The notes under the pieces: model-generated
The model's input: the letters and a program-made list of their open reading frames with translations, nothing else
Told to the model about the DNA's origin: nothing
Database searches by the model: none
Program-made: the position numbers and the translations under genes
Shown here: piece after piece, positions 12,803 to 26,239 of the stretch
How positions within the stretch are numbered: the first letter of the stretch is position 1
How the letters are laid out: each line of letters starts with the position of its first letter
Assembly: GCA_951406725.2 (NCBI GenBank)
Contig: OX597825.1
Coordinates: 7,068,001-7,132,000 of the forward strand
DNA: 64,000 nt
From: Octopus vulgaris
Taxonomy: Eukaryota
Direction: 5' to 3'

Positions 12803-14804
12803 CTATGATGTGTATATATTGATGCATGTGTATGTAGACCTATCCATCATCAATCTCCTGTCTACTCGCCTCCTTCAACACATTACCTTGTATGTACAAG
12901 CATATCATTGAATAGGGAAAACTCCCAAATCTTACATATTACTAGATGACCTCACTAATGTCAGTATCACAACCAAATGCACACACTATATTCTCTAAAG
13001 AATATCTTTTGGTGTTGCTGAGAATACAACAACCTCTCAAGTGCTGGTACCAGGATAAAATGTATGCAGTCAATTCTGTGAATTGATTGGCCTTAGTAAA
13101 GCATCCAGCTATAAAAGTCAAGCCTAAAAGAAAATATCAAAGTGAGACAAGGTTCTTTGAAACAACTTGGAGGACTTTAGCTCTGAATAAGAGCTGACAA
13201 TTCATGTAATCCATCATGGCAGCAAAGAAAACAAATCTATGAATACAACGATGACAAGGACGATGACAATGATGCCATTGCTCCTACCATCAATGGTTCA
13301 TGGTTTTGCAATCTTTGCCTCTCATAGCTACTAAACTTCTATAACCTTTTCAAAATTGCACCCAAAACACTATATTAATCTTAGTTCAACCCTAATCAAA
13401 TTCTAAACTTATATGAAATTCAAGTTAGGTCTTCGACAGAACACAGCACAATCAAATGCTAACCTTCCACAAAACTCAAGTATTACCATTGGGGACTGCT
13501 GAGCACAAATGAAAATCCAAAGCAATTCTTCATCAGTTTTCTAACATAAGCAAACCATTCCATCCTAGTTTGAGTAAAAGCGAGACGCAAAGCAGTGACA
13601 GAAGTCAGATACAAAGTCAGATACAAACGACCCACTTCAGTGAATTGTCTGTCCTGTTATCTGCGTTCAACAAGCTATTATTGGTAGCTAAAGGATGACG
13701 AAGATGATGATGGTGATGACGAATTTATCAGAGAACTGGATGTGCTAAATTATAATAGTATCACAATTTTAATAAATGTTTAAGTATCACATTCCAGTAT
13801 TATTTAATTAGTCTAATAATGAAATAATACTCATAAAATTTGCTACTCATTCAATTAGTGATTGTAACAACCTCCCAAGTGACTCCAGTTTACTATGGGA
13901 AGAACATTAGACAGAATCAGAATTAATAATGATAAATTTTGATGGTTTTACAAAATTTTTGCTCTGCATTAGTTGCTTAATCAATTGCTACAGGTGTACA
14001 ATTTCATCTGAATGTCTGGAGATTGTGTGAAATACATCTCTTCTTCGTCATGTTATATAAGTTATCTCCTGATAATACTATAATTATAATTGGGCCATAA
14101 AATTCTAAGAAAAGACTCGACTTTATGTCCTAGACAATAGCATCAATATTTTGATAATGGTTTTGCATGTGAGCTATGGAACCAAAGTAAACTTCAACGA
14201 GGCAACCACAGCAGGTTGCTCTAGTCATTCTCATGTGCAGGTGTTTTCAAAGTGATGATGGTTACAGCATCTTTAGGCCATCTGACAATGTCATGTGATC
14301 TCCATGCAAAATAAAAGGATTGCTACAAAGTGAAAGCTTATATTATTCAGATAAAATAAAGCAGGATACTTAAGTCATTATATCGAAATAAAATATCCTT
14401 GTTTAATACAGAGGCTCTATTCATTGCAAATGAAAGTATATCCATCATTTCTAGCTGTGTAACTGTTTATTTTGGCACAAATCGAATATTTAAATTGAAT
14501 GTATTGCAGGTTTTGTTAAATACGTGCATCATTGCATTTTATGATTGGCAAAGAACAAAACATAGCGCCCATGTTTGTGCAGGTATAAGCATTTTCTCAT
14601 AAATAATTTTGCTATATACATGACCAGTTTACATATATTCAGTTGTAGATTTATATACATGCACACACATTTATACCAATAGATACATGCATACACACAC
14701 TCATATATATTTCTTGTGGAAAACCCATGTACACATGACACAAGCCCTAAACCTTCTCGTACATAATCTGAAATGGTATCTTTTAGAATATATCTATTGC
14801 AGCT

Positions 14805-14886
14805 GTCAGGATGGCCGAGTGGTCTAAGGCGCCAGACTCAAGGTACATATAATGCACCTTAACCGGAACTGTGAGTATTCTGGTCC
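14805..14886 (+). pseudogene. tRNA-Leu-CAA: 3'-truncated intron-containing tRNA-Leu(CAA)
   Basis: GTCAGGATGGCCGAGTGGTCTAAGGCGCCAGACTCAAG matches the canonical metazoan 5' exon (anticodon 14839-14841). A 35-nt intron (14843-14877) sits at position 37/38, followed by TTCTGGTCC. The T arm and 3' acceptor strand are absent. Confidence 0.9.
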
Positions 14887-14926
14887 AACAATGCCATATT
14901 TGTGGAAGAATAAGTTTAGAGAAAAT

Positions 14927-15290
14927 GTGCAGGAGTGGCTGTGTGGTAAGTAGCTTGCTTACCAACCATATGGTTCTGGGTTCAGTCACACTGTGTGGCA
15001 CCTTGGGCAAGTGTCTTCTACTCTAGCCTCTTGCCAACCAAAGCCTTGTGAGTGGATTTGTTAGATGAAAACTGAAAGAAGCCCATCGTATATATATATA
15101 TATGTATATGTATGTATATGTTTGTGTGTCTGTGTTTGTCCCCACCAACATTGACAACAGATGCTGGTGTGTTTATGTCCCCATAACTTAGCAGTTTGGC
15201 AAAAGAGCCTGATAGAATAAGTACTAAGCTTGCAAAGAATAAGTCCTGGGGCTGAGTTGTCACAGTCAAATGACTGAAACAAGTAAACGA
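14927..15290 (+). mobile_element. SINE family A
   Basis: Colinear with 7923-8357, with a small deletion near the 3' end. Confidence 0.88.
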
Positions 15291-15291
15291 G

Positions 15292-15692
15292 ATCTTATTA
15301 AGCCTACTACAAGAGGAAAATAGTGGGCGGTGGTCAAGATATAAGAGTGGTGAGATAGTTATTTATATTTAGAAGGTTTTACGCAACATGTTGTCAACAA
15401 CCATTTGGAATTAAATCCACTGGGAGTTGTCAACTGTGTTCTAAGTTTATGGTGATAAATCCATTAATGTCCAATGAAATAAGAGTCTGGGAGATTGTCT
15501 GATATTAATTGATCTATCAACTAGAACACAGTTGACAACTCCCAATGGATTCAATTCTAAATGGTCGTAGACAAAATGTTGCATAAAAGCCTTCTAAGTA
15601 TAAACAATTATCTCACCATTCCTATATCTTGAAACCCCACCCCCAACTATTTTTCTCTGTTACTCTCTAAATTATTGCAGGCTTAATAAGAT
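15292..15692. mobile_element. Foldback element / MITE with long inverted arms
   Basis: About 150-170-bp imperfect arms (ATCTTATTAAGCCT...GGGAGTTGTCAACTGTGTTCTA versus TAGAACACAGTTGACAACTCCC...AGGCTTAATAAGAT) around a spacer of about 75 bp. Confidence 0.8.
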
Positions 15693-15879
15693 ATGCATTT
15701 CCTCCAAACTATTTCAGCCACAAATATAACCTAAGGAAACAATGTAATTATTTTGGTTCTTAATAAAGATATTAATTTGCTAAAAATGGTTTGTCCTTCA
15801 TGATGGAAATCTATATGGTCATCTACAACTGAGGAGAGCAGTTTCTTTCAAGTTGGTTTAACGATTCCATTGATCAATT

Positions 15880-16659
15880 AAATGGAGCTACATGAAATGG
15901 CAACCTCATTTTGTTAATGAGTGATGAAGCCCCTTTTCCTCTCGATGGCATGGTGAATCAACAGAACTGTCGTTATTGGGCTCTTGAAAGTCTGAAAGAA
16001 CTGCATGAAAGACCACTGCACAGCCCCAAAGGGACAGTCTGGTGTGCTGTTGGGAAAGCTGCCATCATTGGTCCTTACTCTTTTGAAGACAGTAATGGAA
16101 ATTCTGTTACTGTGAACTTCAAGCATTACATCAAGATGATAAACAACTTCTTTGTTCCAGGATTACGATGATGAAAGCGTATGCCTATTCGACGTGTGTG
16201 GTTTCAGCAAGATGGGGCAATGGCCCACACAGCCAGGGCATCAATGGACGTTCTTTGCCCTCACTTCAGTGACCACCTCATTTCCAGGTTTGCTGACATT
16301 CCTTGGCATCCCCTCATCCCTTGATTTCTCCATGTGTGATTATTTCTTATGGGGAAACCTCAAGACACATGTGTGTGCATGTAAGCCATATACATTGGAC
16401 GATTTGAAGGAAGCTATTCATGGGGAAGTTGCCCAAATCGACGGAGCAATGGGGGAGAGAGTGGAGGTCAGCTCCCAAGAATGCCTTCAGAAATGCACCA
16501 ATGAAAACGGACACCACATGATGGATGTTGTTTTCCATACTTGCTTTTGACAAATGCTAATTCAATATGAACACATTGATGTCAATAAAATTTGTTTGCA
16601 GCTAAAATTAATGATTTTGTGAATTTTTCAAAAACATCCGTTCTCTCTGCTTCACCCTG
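15880..16659 (+). mobile_element. Decayed Tc1/mariner-superfamily transposase, DD41D (rosa-like), 3' part with right end
   Basis: SDEAPF..VNQQNCRYW..PLHSPKGTVWCAV..IIGPYSF, then (through two TGA stops) WFQQDGA..HT, then (after a frameshift near 16310) SLDFSMCDYFLWG. My count gives 41 residues between the second and third D. The element ends CACCCTG+TA. Confidence 0.88.
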
Positions 16660-16874
16660 TACATAAATAATTCCTTATTCCCTTCTCATTTATTTCATTT
16701 CTTATATATATATATATACATATATACATATATGCATACATATATACATATATGCATATACATATGTACATATATGCATATGCATATATACATACATATA
16801 TGCATATGCATATATACATACATGTATGCATATACATATATACATATATATACATATATACATACATATACATA

Positions 16875-16912
<38 letters not shown>

Positions 16913-17664
16913 TCAACCATATACTTGCTATCACGTCCAACAATACTTCCAAGCTTATGCAGATGCTATCATTCCAAACAGTCAAAGACATGGAATCCTC
17001 AGTGTATAACCATTAAAATATGGTCATCAATATAATTAATACAATAATAAAAAAAAGACGTATAAAATGTTCCCCTTCCCCATATTGAGATACATCATCC
17101 TTAGTTTTATATTAGCGCCACAGTTTAGTTTAATTTGGTCAATATGAAGAATATTCTAGACTTCCTGAAGTATTTAATTACTGTATACATCATGCTGCGT
17201 CTGTTTGCCTCTATGTAAGTTTACTGGCCAACTTCCGAAATCAATATTAATTTCAATATTAATCACATTATTATCAACATAGTTTCATTTCCAAACTTTC
17301 TATGACTCATTACACGATTTTTCCCATCATTACATCTGTGTATTGAGTCGTAGTACCTTTAAATTTGTCTATCACCAAGATTCAGATCTCCGTGTAAGTG
17401 TCATTTTATTGATTCCTAGCTTCTCTAATCCTTTGTAAAGCCAGAAGTGATATTCCACAAAGAGGTTCCACTTATCAAGGACATTTCTGAAAAGGGTTGT
17501 AAAAGACATTGTGAACTCAGTTTGCTTTCAGGTTTATTCTAGCCATAATCCAAATCCCAAAGAACTCAGTGAAGGATTGTGGATGACAGAATTATTTGAT
17601 GTGATTCTGTACACATTATCAGCAGACCACCAAGAAGAAAGATAAAGCTGATTATCTACAGATA

Positions 17665-18060
17665 TCTTTATATATAAAAGTCAAGTTGTGTGTCTGTCTC
17701 CTATGATTTAGATTCCTAACTACTCCCATATTTTGCGGTGCAGTTTAACCAAAACCGGGTATCTTATAGTCCTGATTCATATCAAGCCCTTCTGGGTATT
17801 AGCACGCGTCTACGATGAGTCTACGATTTAAAAAATAATTTACCATCATTTTTTTCCATTTTAATGCATTTTTTCGCTATTATATAAGGGAAGTAACTCT
17901 CTAAAAATGTCTACGATGAGTCAACGATTTAAAAAATAATTTACCATCATTTTTTTCCATTTTTAATGCATTTTTTGCTATTTTTTGGCTATAACTCTCT
18001 AAAAATGCTTATATAGTTATTTCCCTTACAAACCCGAGCAACGCCGGGCGATACTGCTAG
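17665..18060 (+). mobile_element. Non-autonomous Helitron
   Basis: A|TC start, subterminal hairpin CCCGAGCAACGCCGGG, CTAG|T end, no TSD; second copy at 31635-32004. Confidence 0.88.
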
Positions 18061-18754
18061 TTTAAAATAAATATAAAGCTATAGGATGTAATAATTTAAA
18101 CATTAGCATCCAACCATAAAAATGTAGCAGGAATATTTAGCAACCAGATCACTATGCTCAATGTTGCAATTCACTAGAATATTACCCACATGGAAAGAAT
18201 CTGACCAAACAAGACTTTGTATAGAACTGACTCCAACAACAATTTCATCTTTTAGCATGCTTCTTTCTGAGCCTAACAATCCCTATATATTCCGGGCACC
18301 TTAGCTACTTAAACAGACTGATGATGAAGAAATGGCAGACAAATGGTGAACTCTATTGATGTTTTATCATTTGTAGTAATGACATTTTTGGGGAGGTTTA
18401 TGAAAAGAATAAATATTTTATGAAAAATCTGTTTATCAAAAATCTCAACAGATATCAGTGTTCTACTTCATAACAGAAACCGTACCAAAGCAGGCAGTCA
18501 AGGTTGGGTGCGATCCTCTGGCTTGCTAGCTCCTGTCAAACTCTCCAACCCATGCCAGGATGTAAAATGGACGTTAAATGATGATGACAGTAATTATGAA
18601 AATAACTCAGAACATTCACTATATATATATATATATATATACATACACACATATATGAATATATAGACACACACATACATGCTGATATACATATATATAT
18701 ATATATATACATACATACACATATATAAATATATAGACACACACAAACATGCTC

Positions 18755-18795
<41 letters not shown>

Positions 18796-21700
18796 CACAA
18801 ACTTATATATATATATATATGTTGTATGCTTCATGTATGTTTTCGCTTGCATTTTATTTGTTTTATTAAATTGTTTGCCTTTTCCCTGGAGTATGTGTAC
18901 TGCTCACAGTTTATCAAATCACACAAAACTATAGAACATGCTTGAATAAATATGGATACATGAACGAACCTATACAAACAGAAGTGAAAATGCTCAACTT
19001 TCCTCGTGGATAAATAAGATCCCTTGAGACAAATAAATGTTAATCAAAACAAATAGAAGTGAATTGTCACCATAAAATTCAATGATAATGTGACTTGGAC
19101 AGTATAATTAAATTTGGACATATTTAAACAAATTGAACAGGAGTTTTCTAATCAAGTTTTTGTACTTTTTGTTGTCATCAACAATGTAGTTCCTTTTTAG
19201 TGTTTATTTATTTATTTTTTTAAAAATATCATATTAGTCTCTTGTTAGAAAGAAACAACCTAGCATGTACTTTAATAGTTCAAGCAAAATTTGCGTTTCT
19301 TTTATATTTCATTTCAGATCCACCAAATTAATAAAGAAAATATTTAATTCACAAAACGAAATTACTTTCCTTTGACTAAGCACAAGTTTAATTTTATTAA
19401 ACAAGAAGGACATAGTTGATTGAATTAACCTTAAAATATTATTGATAAAGCAAAATATGAAGAATCCAGTACACCCTAAATCTCTTCATGTCATATTACA
19501 TTTGGATTTTATTTTAACTATCATTATATTTTTTAAATGACAGCATCTGCGAGATAAACCACTATCAAAGAAGTCGACATTAGGAAAGTTACACAAATGT
19601 GTAACTATTAAGAAGAAATCTAATGAAAAGGATTTATGTTTCATCTAAGTAGGACAAATTTAATTCTTTTTCTGTGTAGAATGTTTGAAATTTTTGAAAT
19701 GGTTCTATTTATTGGGAAGGCACACAGTTATCAAAGAAAACTATGGCAGCACAAAATGGCAGAAAGAATGGAGAAGGAGGAAAGAAAATATTATTTAAAT
19801 GAATTGAGGGAGTTTTTCAGCAGTCTCTTAATTTTTGGTTTTTGTAGTTATTTTCCTCTTTTTTACAGTATTTTAATTCAGTTTCAGCTCTATTTTCTAA
19901 TTTGTCTTGTTTGTGTATATGTAGGGTACCTAAACAGGAAAATATTGAATTAAATTATTTCAAATCAGAGAAATAATCCAGGTTTGTAAGTCTTGCTTTT
20001 ATATATTTAAATCTTTTGATGAGTTTTAAAGTTGTTCCCAAATTGCTGTAATTAAATACACTAATTTGTTTTTGTATTTTTTTGTTTATATTTTTTGTGT
20101 TTCTTCAGAATATGAACCGCAACATCAAACTAAATATGAAAAGCTTAACCTTTTGATTCCTTGAAAACAGAAATATATTAAGAAGGCTAACATAAATTAT
20201 TTCTCAAAGAAATGTATTCTCCAAGATCATTGCTTCTATGATGTATTTGCTATCTACCTTCAATTTTCAGCAATAAAAAATACCAACAAAACTACAAGAA
20301 TTTTGGCACATTATATCTTTCTTTTTCATGATATTTATGCATGAGAAATCACAAGATTTTATCAACAACTTTTTTTGTTCAAGTAGGTTTTGACCAACAG
20401 ATTTAAGCAGTATAACATTTTCTTCTTTCCTTTCTTTCCTCATCCAAAGAAATTTGAATTCTTTTACATTTGAAATTAACATAGATTTTTCTCTAGATGT
20501 GAATCTCTTATTTGTGAAATCTCATTTTCTGAAGTTTCAATGAATAAGTTACAGTTCCATTTAATGAAAGCATCATCTTTGCCAATACAACATTATTACT
20601 TCGACTTATGCAAGAAACAATTGCAGATAATCTAATGCAAATTTACCTCATTTCAAAAGAAATGAAAAAAATATTGGAAATCTAAAAGTTTCTAAGTCAG
20701 AAGGAATGTGTAAATGTCAAGATGATGGATAGTTAGTGTATATTGTGTGCGAGAGAGAAAATATAATTGCTTATAACTCTGGCAAAATACTCTCTAAATA
20801 ATAAAGTTGGTTCTGAAAGATAAGAATGCAAACTAAGAGAAGGTATTACTGATGTTGATGAAGAGACACTAAATGGTTGTGGCTCCTTTTTTTTTTTCTT
20901 TTTTGCTGCTTTATTTGGTTTGGTTAAGGATTATTTATTCTCAGAGAATAAAAATTTAAAAACAAAAATATATCTGAAACTATTGATATTTTAATGTGAC
21001 TTCTTCCTTTTACAGTTTTGTTCATGGTTGACTTGATATATATGTGAGCAGATGTAATAAAGACTCCAATCTTTTATAAAATGCAAGTTCATGACCTCCT
21101 AGAAAGAATCTTCACCACAAATAATTAAAACATTTTGTTACAAAAATATTAACTTTCTTCTCAAGTAATTTATTTTGTCTTCTAAACTACAAGTTTTCAC
21201 CAATCCTTTCTTCTGCCAAATTCCGTTTACTGGTCCCTTTTTTTTTCTACAGACATCGGATAACAGTGCTGATTAACATCTAATACATAAATCTTAATAA
21301 TCAGGTGACAACTTACAAAGGAAAGGGATACTCTCACTGTCCTCTGGCTAATTAATTTGAAAAAATAAATAATTATCAAGATTAGAAGTGATTGACCTAT
21401 TCACAGTGGTTTTAATTGATTAAGCTAATCAATTGTCACTACTAATTTGGAAAATGTTAAAAGTCAATGAAAGAATGAAATTACCAGCTAATAATAAAAT
21501 GGAAATAGTTGGAAATAAGAATAAAATGGAAATAGTTGACTCAATGTGTATGAGAATTGTTAGATTCCAGTTGAAAGATAAGATACAAGGTTCTGCATGA
21601 ATGACCATGGGTTTTTCATTATTGTGAATGATGACTAAAGACTAAGCATTAAAGATTGTTTGAAAATTGAAATCATTGTCTGGCCTGTGTATGTGTGATG

Positions 21701-21920
21701 ACAGCAGAAGGAAGAGACTGAAGTCTCATTAGACTTTTACTAATTTCTTAAGTAATTCTTTGTAATTCAGTATTAAGAATGGATGAAATAATTAGCTGTC
21801 ATTCTGAGATACAGGAATAAAGATTCACAAAAAAGAATGTCAAACAGCTACTATCAGAAGTAGTCATCTTTTGGATTTATTGTATGATCTTCATTGTGCT
21901 CCATTTATGATGCTTATGTA

Positions 21921-22180
21921 AAGGCGCATGCCTTAGTGGTTAGGGTGATGCACTCACGGTTGATAGATCATGGGTTCAATTCTCAGGCCAAGTGGCACAT
22001 TGAGTTCTTGAACAAAACACTTCATTTCACATTGCTCCAGTACCCACTTTTGATCGGAGGGAATGTTGGCCTGCTCACCTAGCCAGCAGGATAGCATCAT
22101 TTGAAGACTAAAACAATGCAAAAAGTGCATTGTGACCAGCGATATGTAACAACATCTGATAGTCTGGTCAATCACATAAT
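21921..22180 (+). mobile_element. SINE family C
   Basis: tRNA-like head plus CORE-like body as at 10948, with a different 3' tail. Confidence 0.7.
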
Positions 22181-22933
22181 CATGAGATCATACTTATAAA
22201 CAGAAAAAATATACCATGTGGGAAAAAGGCCTACCAGGAAAGTAAATATGCTACAGAATACATCATATAGGACACCTGTATTCATTTAGAAACAACAGAG
22301 AACATAACACCTGAATTCACTCATAGATGCTCAGCAGAGTAATTAAGACCTGAGTTTATCAGATTCTATGCATTCAGCAGAGTATCTTACATTCACTCAC
22401 AACTATTCAGTAGAATAACTAGAACCAGATTCCAAAACACAAATAAAGATTGTGTGTTATGTATACTCAGGTATAAAGATAGAAGAAAAAAACCAAAATC
22501 CAAAGTGATCTTAGCTTTTTAAAGTGCCTAACTGCTGAAAATAGATATCTCTGGTCAATATGTGATATCTGTGGTCGATACGAGATATCTAACATCCATA
22601 CAACATCAGAAGAATGTTCTGAAATAATGCTATACTTCACAGTTACCGTACCAAATTCGAATCCTTTCAAGATATAGACAAATTGTAAAAGTTTATAGTT
22701 ATGTGTTTAAGAAGTATGTTTTGTGACGATGTGGTTGTGGATTCAATCACACAGTGTTGCACCTTTGGCAAGTAACTTCTTTAAAATAGCCTTGGAAACT
22801 GTGAAAGACTGATCTAGTGATGCTGTATCTAACTTTCTAACGTAAAATATTTCCTTGAAAAAGATCTGTTATTTCTATTTTAATGTATCACACACATACA
22901 CAACTTTCTTTATATACTTATATATATTTGAGA

Positions 22934-22969
<36 letters not shown>

Positions 22970-23022
22970 GTGTATACACATAGAGACAGATAGTTAGACA
23001 CATGCACATACACACACACACA

Positions 23023-23255
23023 TTCTTTTATTCTTTTACTTGTTTCAGTCATTTGACTGTGGCCATGCTGGGGCACCGCCTTGAAGGAGTTTTAGTCAAA
23101 CAAATTGACCTCAGGACTTATTTTATTAAGCATAAAACTTATTTTATCATTCTCTTTTGCCAAACCAATAAGTTACAGGGACATAAACACACCAACATCG
23201 GCTGTCAAGCGGTGATGGGGAGGGGGGACAAACACAGACACAAAGACACTCACAC
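23023..23255 (-). mobile_element. SINE family A, 3' half
   Basis: Matches the family A tail (GTTTCAGTCATTTGACTGTGGCCATGCTG on +). Confidence 0.8.
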
Positions 23256-23289
23256 ATAGATATGTACTCGGTGGTTGTCTACACCTTAT

Positions 23290-23821
23290 GCAGAGTTTGA
23301 CCAACTGCTGTACCATCACCTTAGAACCATCATGACATCTTGGCATCTAATGTGACTTTAAATCAGACAATGTTTTGAAAAAGCACCCACATAGATGGCA
23401 CATCCGATTTGGACCACCAAGAACTGCAGATCAGTTCTGATCTTTGTGGATCTTAAAATGTCTTTTGATGCCTCCATTGGATTTGCAAACCTTCTGGCAT
23501 ACACTACATTCAAAGGTGTGCACAGACATATAGGCAGGATAGTTGGTAGAGGTTCATTTTTCATGGCTTCGCAAATGAGATTTGAGCCCAACAAAAGAAA
23601 GGCATGGCCTGTCACAATCTGTGCGCATAAAAAGATCATTGTCATTCACTTTCTCGATCGTTACATTCTTCCTTAAATCTTTTTTGAGTCTTTCTTGTGT
23701 TATCCTGGTCTCTTCAAATACTTTCACTCTACTTCACACTTTGTTTTGTAATCCATCTCAATCTGAAGCAAACGTTTCTATATCTTCTGGATCCATTCCA
23801 AGTGACTTCATAGTAGTCCTT

Positions 23822-23826
<5 letters not shown>
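23290..23826 (-). mobile_element. 3' fragment of an RTE-like LINE ORF with three C2H2 zinc fingers (decayed)
   Basis: Manual minus-strand translation: TTMKSLGMDPEDIETFASD..VKVFEETR (RTE-type C-terminus), then in one frame rTDCDRPCLSFVGLKSHLRSH, CSVCQKVCKSNGGIKRHFKIH and CHLCGCFFKTLSDLKSH, interrupted by stops. Confidence 0.75.
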
Positions 23827-23896
<70 letters not shown>

Positions 23897-24119
23897 GTAT
23901 AATGAAATGGGATATGCAGGTGAATGGTATTCCCCTAAATTTGTGCTATTAAAACTCATTTTTTTGTGTATATATATGCTTATAAATATCTATGTCTGTA
24001 TGAGTATGCATATGTATATATATATATACATACATACATACATATGCATGTGTGTGCGTGTATGTAATTGTTTGTTTGTTTTTGTTGGGTGGGTTATATG
24101 AAGGAAGAAGTGTTTGTTT

Positions 24120-24700
24120 ATATTAATTATAATTGATTTTTTTCTTTTTTTTTTTTTTTTTCTTGTTTTCTTTTTTTTTTTTTTGATTTTTTTATTTTTT
24201 TTTTTATTTTTTTTTTTTTTTTTTTTTAAGTAAATGGGGAATTTTTATATAATTTTATATTTTCTTTTTTATAGATATTTATAGATATTAATCTCCTCGA
24301 TGAATACTCAACTTTATGCTTATCCCTCCTTTTGATATTTTTTTTTTCTCTCTTCTTCCCATTTTTTTTCTTTCTTTCTTTTTTTTTTATTTTTTTTTTT
24401 TATTTTTTATATTTTTTTTATTTATTTTTTTTTTTTGTTAATTTATTTTTTTTTATTTTATTTTTTTTTATTTATTTTTTTTTTTTTTTTTTTTTTTTCT
24501 CTTCACTCCTCTTTTTTTTGTTTCCTTGTTTTTCTTTCTTGTGGCCTTTTGTTTTTATTATGTGTTTATGTGTGTTTTGGTTCTGGTCTGTTTATATTAT
24601 TTTTATATCTTTTGACTTTCTTATTTTTCCTTTTTTCCATATTTTTGTTTTTGATCCTGACCCACGCACTTTTCCCCTCCTCCCCTTTGTTTTGTCTGTC
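24120..24700. repeat. T-rich low-complexity tract
   Basis: About 600 bp dominated by interrupted poly-T; source of the poly-F ORFs. Confidence 0.85.
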
Positions 24701-24995
24701 CTCCTTAATACTAAGTACCTCCGTCTTGTAAACAATACTTGTAGAAGATATTTCAACCGTTTTAATTGCGTAGTCATGGAAGTTAATAAGCTGTCATCAT
24801 ATTTCTTCTGTATGATGCTGATTACTTTGATTTCCGAGTTGTCAGCACGATGACGGTGATGTCATCTCTCTACATTGAAATGTCTTGCATTTGTCCTAGT
24901 TCAAGTGGAATACTTCTTAATAAATTTAAGTTACACATCAATAGTTTAAGAGTCCAAACATTGAGATCAAGCGAGAGAATGAGTGAGCAAGTGAC

Positions 24996-25027
<32 letters not shown>

Positions 25028-25598
25028 TGCATCTCTGATTGTGTATATGATTTAAAATGGTTCAAATAGAGGCCATTTGATCAGATGATGGAGCAGATAC
25101 CACTCTGAATGGAAATGTTCCTGCAACTGTAAATGAGAAGAAAACCAAGTGAACTAAAGGACTGTTTTCCTATCAAATGGCACCAGTGATGTTGTAACTG
25201 CTATCAATGTGGTTGAATGAGCAATATTTCAATCAAATGTTCCAGAGAAAAGCCCACGGGATTCAAACTTCCTTGAAAACCAAGAAATTACAATAAAGAA
25301 GGAAGACAAACAATAAGAAACAAAAAAAGAGTAAAAGAAAAGCAAAAAAAAAAAGTTATCACAATTTCACTGTTTTTGCATTTCTTTTTCAGATTGGCGA
25401 AAACATTTTAATCCATAATCTTCAAAGATTAATTCCCAAGCAATTGATGGAATGGAACTTTTCCTAAATGAATTCCTGGATTAAAATATAATTTATACAA
25501 CTACTACTATTACTACTACTAAACGTATGGTTAGTTTTGTTTATACTAATAAAAAAATACTAATAATAAACATTTTTCTATATGAATTATTACTATTA

Positions 25599-25641
<43 letters not shown>

Positions 25642-26239
25642 CATTATTATTATTATTAATGTTTTTAATGGCGATCATTGTTGAAATGACATTAAATGTT
25701 GTTATTAATATATATTTTTTTAAATAATTTTATTGTTGTTATTATTAGTCAAGTGTCATAGAGTAAAAATTTCATTGAATATGTTTTTAATCCTCATTTG
25801 AAAATATTTCATTTCAGTTTTAATGGTAATGTTGTTGTTGGATATATAGTTATCTTATTTCTCTTTTACTCATTTTAGTCACAAATCCAAGTCCAAAGAA
25901 CGAAACTGTAAAAGTCTAAATAGGGAGAAGAAACAGTGATGAAGAAGAAGGAGGAAGATGGAAATGAAAGGAATTCTATATATGTATTAACTTATTCTTT
26001 CCAAAACTTCCTGAATTCAGTCTTTATTTCATTTCTGGATCATGTCCATCCGCACTTTTCCCCTTCAGAAAAGCTCTACTTTGTTTTTTTCTCAAAGAAG
26101 AAATCTATTATCATTATTCCCCGTCTACTGTCTGTCTGTCTATCTGTCTATCTATCTATCATTCTCTCTATCTACCTGTCTGTCTTCCATTCTACAATTA
26201 ATCTGTCATCTATTTCTTCTATCTACATCTTTGTTTTCC

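Noticed and set aside
25030-25160. Possible terminal exon on either strand (DDGADTTLNGNVPATVNEKKTK* on +; strong acceptor on -)
   Set aside because: Short, with no homology I can recognise and conflicting strand signals.
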